Source: Mizuhopecten yessoensis (Eukaryota). From it: a stretch of DNA of 64,000 bases. The notes beneath the pieces were generated by a model that was not told the DNA's origin, searched no databases, and saw only the letters and a list, made by a program, of their open reading frames with translations. Made by a program: the position numbers and the translations under genes. Each line of letters starts with the position of its first letter. Position 1 is the stretch's first letter. This document shows, one piece after another, positions 55,634 through 64,000 of the stretch. The stretch spans positions 1,417,215 to 1,481,214 of the forward strand of contig NW_018408742.1 of the NCBI RefSeq assembly GCF_002113885.1. The letters run 5' to 3'.

Positions 55634-55815
55634 CGTCTTTGCGTATTGCAGAGTTATCTTCTCTTGAGAGCAGTAATTGATTGTTACGTCATTTGTTTGT
55701 GGGTGTAACGTCATCAATGTTTTAGAAAACAACGTGATTTTCTCACACAAACCAATGACGTAACAATCAATACCTGCTCTCAAGAGAAGATAACTCTGCA
55801 ATACGCAAAGACGGA
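55634..55815. mobile_element. MITE (family copy 2; internal part inverted relative to 1314-1504)
   Basis: cgtctttgcgtattgcagagttatcttctcttg ... caagagaagataactctgcaatacgcaaagacgga. Confidence 0.85.
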
Positions 55816-57439
55816 TTATACCATTCAGTGTATTGCTATACTTAGCTCCTTACCGATTTTTAAAACGTAAACACACTGTGTAACTCATGTTGTAATCTAA
55901 TTGAGTTATGTATTTTCTTATTTGTTATACAATCAGATTCTTTTTCATAACTATGTCGTGATTTATTTCTATGATATATGTATTTGGTTTGTTATAGCTG
56001 TGCGAGATCAGGACATTAGTGTTAACCTTTCCATACGGCGCATGGGTTCTGTGAATAAACCGTTACGCTAAGTTGAAAGCTCAAAGATTCTTGCAAAGTT
56101 CTAGATTTATTGAGTGATTTATTCATAAGTGATGAATTAATTAAATACTATTTGAACCACATGGATCAGAATACATCGCAATGCAGATTTTTTTTTATTA
56201 AAAATAGATCTACATGTTGATTTCAGTACTGGTAGTTGTCTGCTAGCGCAAAACGTATGTGGAACACGTGTGTAGCCAAACAAGAAATAATGTCATCATT
56301 TCAAAAAATTTATCACCAAAACGCCTTTGTATTTTATGATTATGCAATTATATTAAAGTATGAAATCGTACCCCTGTTGATGAAGGGAGAAAAATTCAAA
56401 ATAACATGTATGAAAACTTGGATGTTATTTTCGGGTGGGCCTGGTTTAAGCAGCCATCTGTCTTAAGCGGCCAATTTCTGCCGGTCCCTTGGGTTTGACT
56501 GTATTCATATTAAAGAGTTAGGCTTTCGAACAAAAAGGTAGGTACGCTGAATTCAAAAATTATTTAATTTTGTTAAAGAAAACCTATCATCTCTTATATT
56601 CTCTTCGTTCGATATTTAAGAATAAGATAACGGATAACCATCACTGCGGATATCCGTTTCAGTCACGATGATGGAGAGTGTCCGTGATTCCTCTCAACCT
56701 GATTACCGATTTATTTATGAAGTGTGTGATGTTAATTGAAAATATTTAAAAACAAAAACAGACTTTTTAACACATGATATAATCCCATTGACGTATGTAA
56801 ATTAAAGATTTTTATTGATGTGAATGTTTTCAAGTACGGTGTGTTGCACTTCAATAGTTTTTATGTAATCGCATGGCGTGGTTTAATGGAAAAAAAACAC
56901 ACGCTTTAAAATCTTGTGTGAAGTTAACAGTCAAGGACAAATCGAGTAAATAAACAACCCTTGCTTGGTATAGGCACGAAACCAAAACTTTAAAGTTCGT
57001 GCGAACACGCTCAACACGAGGTGCACTAAGGTAACTTCCCCGAAGGAATGACGCCATCTATAGTCTGCAACACATTATCCTTATGCAGTAAGCTTAATAT
57101 ATTTAGCAGTACTCCATTTCCCCTACAAATGACGGTGTCTCGTCCATTGGTCCACAAACGACATAAGTTTTTCTTTATTAACAGGATAATCTGAAAGAAA
57201 AATCAATATCAGGAATTTCAAAGACGGATTCAGTAAAACTAGATCTGGTAGAAAAAATAGAAACAGACCGTTAGAAGGATGAAGCATAGTAGAAAATATA
57301 AAATATGTTTTGCTGTTAAAAATGTATTCTGAAGGCCTAGATATACCATCCCAGCATGTTTTAGAGATAGCGCTGTTTGTATTATCACAGGAGAGTTTAA
57401 AAGAACTTAGTCCTGTCTGTTGACGTGTCGTGAGTTGTG

Positions 57440-57646
57440 TAGTTGTTACTCGTTGATTTAAAGATTTCTAGAAGTTTCTTAATAAGTATCAATATGGACA
57501 GAACTTTTATCAACATAATACATTTTTAAAACAAACTGGATAACGTACGGTTTGTTTTAAAAATGTATTCTGTTGATAAAAGTTATGTCCATATTGATAC
57601 TTATTAAGAAACTTCTAGAAATCTTTAAATCAACGAGTAACAACTA
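57440..57646. repeat. Foldback palindrome: 97-bp arms, 13-nt spacer, 2 mismatches
   Basis: 57440-57536 is the reverse complement of 57550-57646. Confidence 0.95.
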
Positions 57647-57789
57647 AAGACTGAAATCGGACTTTTTGTGCTGTTCATGGTGTGTTTCTTCTCGTTTTAT
57701 TGCCTGTCTTTCATTCAGTTGTCATGCATGTTTATGTATCAAAGCAGCTTATGTAGAAGAAGTATATTACGATCGACGTCGTCATTTCT

Positions 57790-57995
57790 TGTTATCTAAA
57801 AACTGCACTTTGTCGATATAGTGATACTGTAAGCAAGCCTTTTGTCCTTAGGAGCTCGTCAATAAATTCAGCCTCATCTGAAAACAGGATCGAGATGACA
57901 AGAATAGGATTACAGTTTGTTCCGATGGGAATACGTTTAGTTTGAAGTAAAATCTTGCCCCGAGCTCATGACATTGTCAACCAGGAACTCCATGA
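57790..57995 (-). mobile_element. Short Penelope-like RT relic; related relic at 37165-37260
   Basis: - strand reads EAEFIDELLRTK...YID; agctc.tcaataaa.ttcagcctcat and gtcaaccaggaact are shared between the two sites. Confidence 0.45.
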
Positions 57996-58321
57996 CGCTC
58001 ACGTCTAATTAGCACCATACTATTATCTAATCAAATTCATGTAATTAGCTTTCTTCCCTTATCCAGGTTAAATTTGTTTTGTTTATTTTTATTTTGCTAT
58101 ACTCGATTAATTGTTATATAATTATTATGTGTATTAGTTAATTAAATTTTTCTGCATACAAAAACATAATATATCATTATATTGTTATGCTGTGTCCCTG
58201 CTGCTCGAGTTATTCCTTGTAAGACATCGACCCCTCACTGCCAGGCAAGAGTAGCTCTACTTTGTTAATTTTCAAAAGTTTTAACTTACATGTAGCTAAT
58301 TTTCCCCATTTTGGTTTATTA

Positions 58322-58525
58322 TTTTTCTACATTTGGTTTTTTTCATTGTATTATAAATAAATCAAAAGTGTGGTTTAATTCGTGATTGATATTGTTTATC
58401 AATAACAAGAATTTCCTATGTATGATTCTATTTTTTTCTACATTAGATTTTCATTGTACTGTAGTTAAATCCAAAGTGTGGTTAAATTCGTGATTGATAT
58501 TGTATATCAATAACAAGAATTTCAT
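58322..58525. repeat. ~110-bp direct duplication
   Basis: aaagtgtggtt.aattcgtgattgatattgt.tatcaataacaagaatttc occurs twice. Confidence 0.85.
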
Positions 58526-59479
58526 ATATATTATTGTCTGAATGTAATCACTTGAAGCTGCGACCCGTAAAGACACATCACATTTATCAGGCTGTCTCCA
58601 TTGTCATTTTACAGGTACCAAAAATAAAACAACACATAAGCCGCATAACCGATTCATCAATAGATCATTTGAGTTCTTCAAAACCCATATTCTATTAATT
58701 CCACTGCAGGAACAGCTCTGACTTAAATGCACTGAGAATGGTAGTAAAATGTTTGGACAAAGGCTTGGTTAAGACACGTATAGTAAATCCAGCGATAAAA
58801 CGTTGTTTCGGACTCAAAAACAAGGGAGCCAGTAAGGTTTCACATCGTTAATTACTATTATAAAAGAATTTATACAGAGGCATGAAACGAATGGTCATTT
58901 GACGCGTTCCGTTATATTACTGACAAAACTCTCTAAGAGGATCTTACTATTGGACATTTTGAATGGATATGGAATTAAATATAAGGAATATCGTTTAACT
59001 GATAATTGCCTAAAGCAGATGGTTTTGCAAATCAATATCACTGGGAATTTAAATATACTAATAAAGCTAATCCTTAAGCCTCGGTTGTGAATTATTATGT
59101 TATTACAAAGAAACGGGAACGTGAACCATCGTGTTATTACAGATAAAAGGGGCCGTGACCTATCATTCTATTAATGAGAATTTTGACCTTATCTACCGTA
59201 TGAATACAGGGAATCCATCTTTCGGATGGATATAACTTTGATGTTGACCTACTGACACTAATGAGACACATCATCTCAAGTTGTATCACTCTTGGAAAAA
59301 ATGTAGGGTTTTTATACGTTATCATTACATCAATATGGCTTTTATAAAGCTATCAAACGTACGCTAGGCTATGATAGAGAGATGATGATCGACGTGACGA
59401 AAAAGCCTTAATTAAGGAATATGAAATAAATGAAACATATAATTCGGAGCCCTGAAAGGGACAGAGTGAAACAAATTGG

Positions 59480-60935
59480 TTTAGTATTCCGTGATCTGGG
59501 TTTAGTAATCCTTGATCTGGGTTTAATAATCCGTGATCTCGGTTAATTTTCCATTTTCTGTGTTAAGTAATCCGTGAACTCTGTTTCTTATCCGTAAGCA
59601 AATTCGTGACCCCGGTTTAGTATTTTATGATGTGGGTCTAGTAATCCCCGATCTCGGTTTAGTATTATATGATGTTGGTCTAGTAATCCCCGATCTCGGT
59701 TTAGTATTATATGATGGGAGTCTAGTAATCCCCAATATCGGTTTACTATTGTATGATGTGGGTCTAGTAATCCCCGACCTCGGTTAAGTAGTATATGATG
59801 CGGGTCTAGTAACCACCGATCTCGATTAAGTATAATATGATGTGGGTCTTGTAACCCCCGATCTGGGTTAAGTATTATATGATGTGGGTCTAGTAATTCC
59901 AGATCTGGGTTAAGTATAACATGATGTGGGTCTAGTAATCACGACCTGATTTAGTATAACATGATGTGGATCTAGTAATCCCTGATCTCGGTTTAGTATT
60001 ATATGATGTGGGGTGAGTAATCCCCGATCTCGGTTTAGTGTTATATGATGCGGGTTTAGTAATACCCGATCTTGGTTTAGTATTACATGATGTGGGTCTA
60101 GTAATATCCGATCCCGGTTTACTATTATATGATGGGAGTCTAGTAACCCCCAATATCGATTTACTATTGTATGATGTGGGTCTAGTAATCCCCTGTCTTG
60201 GTTTAGTATAATATAATGTGGGTCTAGAAATCCCGACCTGGTTTAGTATTACATGATGTGGGATAAGTTATCCCCGATCTCGGTTTAGTGTTATATGATG
60301 TGGGTCTTGTAATCCCCGATCCCGGTTTAGTATTATATGATGGGGGTCTAGTAATTATAATCCCGACCTGATTTAGTATAACATGATGTGGATCTAGTAA
60401 TCCCCCATCTCGGTTTAGTAATATATATGATGTTGGTCTAGTAATCCCCGACCTCGGTTTAGTATTATATGATGTGGGTCTAGTAATCCCGACCTGATTT
60501 AGTATTACATGATGTGGGATAAGTTATCCCCGGTCCCGGTTAAATATTTTATGACTTGGGTCTAGTAATCCGCGATCTCGTTTTAGCATCCTATGATTTG
60601 AGTTTAGTTATTCCCTATCCCAGTTTAGTTTTATATAAGTTTGGTCTAGTAATCCCCGATCTCGGTTTAGTAATATATGATGTGGGTCTAGTAATCCCCG
60701 ATCTCGGTTAAGTAATATATGATGTTGGTCTAGTAATCCCCGATCTCGGTTAAGTAATATATGATGTGGGTCTAGTAATCCCCGATCTCGGTTAAGTAAT
60801 ACATGATGTTGGTCTAGTAATCCCCGATCTCGGTTAAGTAATATATGATGTGGGTCTAGTAATCACCGATCTCGGTTAAGTAATATATGATGATCACCGA
60901 TCTCGGTTTAGTAATATAAGATCTCGGTTTATTAA
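59480..60935. repeat. 42-bp minisatellite x ~31-34
   Basis: tctagtaatccccgatctcggtttagtattatatgatgtggg. Confidence 0.96.
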
Positions 60936-60999
60936 ACCGTGATGTAAATATATCAAATTCTTCACAATAAATTGTTGAACGTTTCTGTGGTGGTGAAAG

Positions 61000-62600
61000 G
61001 GAAATATTCGACATCATAGAAATAATGCCAGCTACGGACACAGTCACCGAGCCATGGAATGCATGCTGATGTAAATGTCTCGATCCGGGTATTTGATTTA
61101 TATTGATTACCCTGGTAAGATAGGTCTACCTCCTGCAAATATACGTTGTAATAATTGTATTGTAGTCCACAGGGATCAGTTACTACAGTTGATATATTTG
61201 GTCTTTTTCATGATTTGTAGAGTAGGATATACAAGAATACAAGATTATTTATTTTCCGTCGATTTCGCAAAACATACAACATAAGCTACATAGAGCTTGT
61301 ATTTCGACATAGGTGAAATACCAACTGTAACAAATTTGGTTTCCCGTGTTGAATTTCATTCATTTCCTACTGTTTACAATTTCCACAGTGTCAGATCACG
61401 CACCGGTAACGTGCCGTCTTCTTTATCCTGAATATACCAATATTTAGTCGCAATACCAGGCACACGATCATTTCATCAAAAGCATACGGTACTTTAAAGT
61501 TTCCCTACCCCTGCTAAAGAAAAGAGATTACATTTTCCCGCTCTCAGCTTTGGCTGTACTGGATGGACTTGAGCATCAAACCTAAAATAATGTTGCATAT
61601 TCTCAGGAAAAACTTACACGTAAAGCATGTTCACATTTAACAAGATAAAGCAATGTCGACGGCTTTGTGAATCAACGTTTGAAGAATGGTCATTGAATTT
61701 CTTACCCAAATTGACTGAGAATTGCTAAAGTATATCAAGTAACTTGTATCTGATTAGTGGGGGATGTAGTAAGGATTGAACGGGTATAATACTTTTGATA
61801 TATGCGTGGTAAACATGTGCCTGGCTGCGGTTTATGACCTGTCCAACGGCGAAAACCCAGTGTTTATCGTTACATTTCAAACTATGTAAGTATCGCTTCA
61901 TCTGGAGTAAACGGTTCTTGCAATCTGCTTAATACAGATATTATTACTATTGCATAGTTCTTCCATGTGAACATCAAGATATACGCATAATAAATCCTTC
62001 AGGACTAGCTAAAATGAAAACATCTTGATGGCATTGAAGAAAATAGAAACAGACTATAGATAACGTGTCATCAAGCGAGGCAGCATCTTAAAGGTTCACA
62101 TTCTGTGTTTGGACATTGGAATGTCATCATTGGTTCTCCATGCATACGCTTAGGGCCACACATGTATTGGACATCAAAAGTCAACTATGACATAGATTCC
62201 AGAAAATCTCTACACTGAAGAAATATGTGCGATTTTTTTTAAAATCATAAATATAAGAATTTGTGAAAGATGTTAACTCTAAAATGTACATTGATTTTTA
62301 AACCCGTCAATTAGCTGTAACTTGTTTTTGTTTATATTTCAAATCTAGCAGGCATTTTTACATCATTATTTGCCTGTCAGCCATACATATCCATGGTTGT
62401 GAAGTGGAGGGGAGTAAGTTAAAAATGTATGCAATTCTGCCAGTACCATTATACCTGATGAGGGTTTTCCTAGATTCGCTATTACAAAAACTTGTAATGC
62501 AATTATGAAAGCACCACCGAACACTACTACTGATATTCCGTTATGAAGTCCTGTGCATGCCTGGTAAAACTGGTCATTATTTTAGTCAAGGAAGTTTTAG
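61000..62600 (-). mobile_element. Possible highly decayed DIRS/Ngaro-like retroelement remnant
   Basis: Only short motif resemblances (VALSVC and VLSRLQ near 61920-61940, similar to the DIRS RNase H ADxLSRLQ motif); no ORF. Confidence 0.25.
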
Positions 62601-64000
62601 CGCAACGAACGAAACGAATGCATACCAATCACCAGTCTTACTGGCTTTAACGTCGATATGTTTAAACACACCCGTTCAAATTACTACTTCACTGTCTTTA
62701 ATTTTGTATTGCGCTACACTTCAAGTCCTTGATGAAGCGAACGTCAGTAAGATATGAAATGCACTACTGATGAATGACGGCGAAATATATCACAAAGATA
62801 TTTCTTAAAATTTTGAAGTTATTCGAAATTACATTAATTTTGATATACTTTGAAAAAGAACATTGTCGGCCTGAAAATATCATGCAGAATATATGCAGGA
62901 GTCTTTCATTATTGTACGTAGTGGCCTTATGACTTTTGCTATCACAAAGTGTAGGCATTATCCTATGTTATGGACATTGCTACACTCAGACAGACGTTGT
63001 TTAATATTGATGCCATGCTATTTGTGAACATCTCTGTACAGAATAACTTAAAAACAGGTGCATTATGTTTTCTAAAAAGTAATTGAAGGAATTTCTGTGG
63101 TGCGAAATAACTGCACCTGTCGTCTTTGTGGTTATAATTACCGATTTTGCAGAACTAGCTACGTAATACAGTTGTTTGAAACAGATAATCCTCGTATAAT
63201 TTTTAATTTCAGACACACACTTTTCTGGTGTAATGAACCCGTAGTTTACCTGTTATTGATTTAATCCTATTCTATATCGGTATCTAAAGATACCTTGGAT
63301 GAGTTACTCTCAAGAAGCACACTTCTCCGGATACCAATATCTGCCTCTCCAAGACATTGTTAGCTTAATATATATATACTATCATACCTACATTTCCTTG
63401 TTTTATGATATACTGTATATATAATGAGCATAACAATTATCCATAAACCTTGTTTTGGAAATGCTCTTGTTAAGCTTACAATACTTGCCTGGGATCCACT
63501 GGTCATACATGGTGTTAACTTATTATAAAATGTCTTAGTGTTCCGCGCTCAGCTTCCTGCCTCTAAGTACATCTCTGAAGATTTTATTTTGAAGATTATA
63601 TTTTCGATTAAACTTCTAACACACGGAAACTGCCGACGTCAAGGGATTCTATGTACCTACTGAATAGGACTACTTTTATCATGAAATGTTTTTTTAATGT
63701 TCCCAGATTGGAGGCCAACTGATTAACACGCAAAAACGGTGATTACATTTTACAAGTTGTCGACCATCGATATGAGGTTGTGTCTTGACTATCATAAGTT
63801 TATAATTCTATTTGAGACGTCTACTTTATTATCCCAAAAAGTAGGTTAATGTACGAAATTATATACGACAGTCTATCGAATAGAAAATATTGAATTCCGT
63901 TGGACATTTTGTTTATACTAAGTGCTATAGTACAGGGACACTCTCCATAATGGTTTCTCTATATAATGCTACTAACATATAGGTATGAAATAAAGGAACA

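Noticed and set aside
62762-62795. Hammerhead-like CTGATGA...GAAA motif (also 17491-17504)
   Set aside because: Stems I and II cannot form.

Overview
AT-rich, intron-rich eukaryotic (metazoan) genomic DNA. The repeat types suggest a bivalve mollusc, but that assignment is inference. Three genes were reconstructed by hand from GT-AG junctions with consistent phases. (1) OPA1, the mitochondrial dynamin-like GTPase, on the - strand: 24 exons and 845 codons in the window, with the 3' end lying left of base 1. (2) GTF2H2 (TFIIH p44) on the + strand: 14 exons, 404 aa, head-to-head with OPA1 across a 417-bp gap between start codons. (3) A 4-exon, 134-aa GPI-anchored Ly6/uPAR three-finger (Quiver/Sleepless-like) gene on the - strand, tail-to-tail with GTF2H2 and absent from the ORF track. 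From about 36 kb to 64 kb the sequence is gene-poor: minisatellites, MITEs, foldback palindromes, a decayed Penelope-like retroelement and possibly a DIRS-like relic. The most unusual pattern is that at least six intronic tandem arrays are amplified copies of a real exon-intron junction. Each creates 2 to about 60 decoy splice sites, mostly AG|GT dual-use sites. In the three large donor arrays an in-frame stop lies in the first intronic unit. Also seen: a 61-bp long-range inverted repeat bracketing OPA1 exons 2-4, a candidate 54-nt cassette exon, a candidate poison exon, and a CpG-decayed hammerhead ribozyme.
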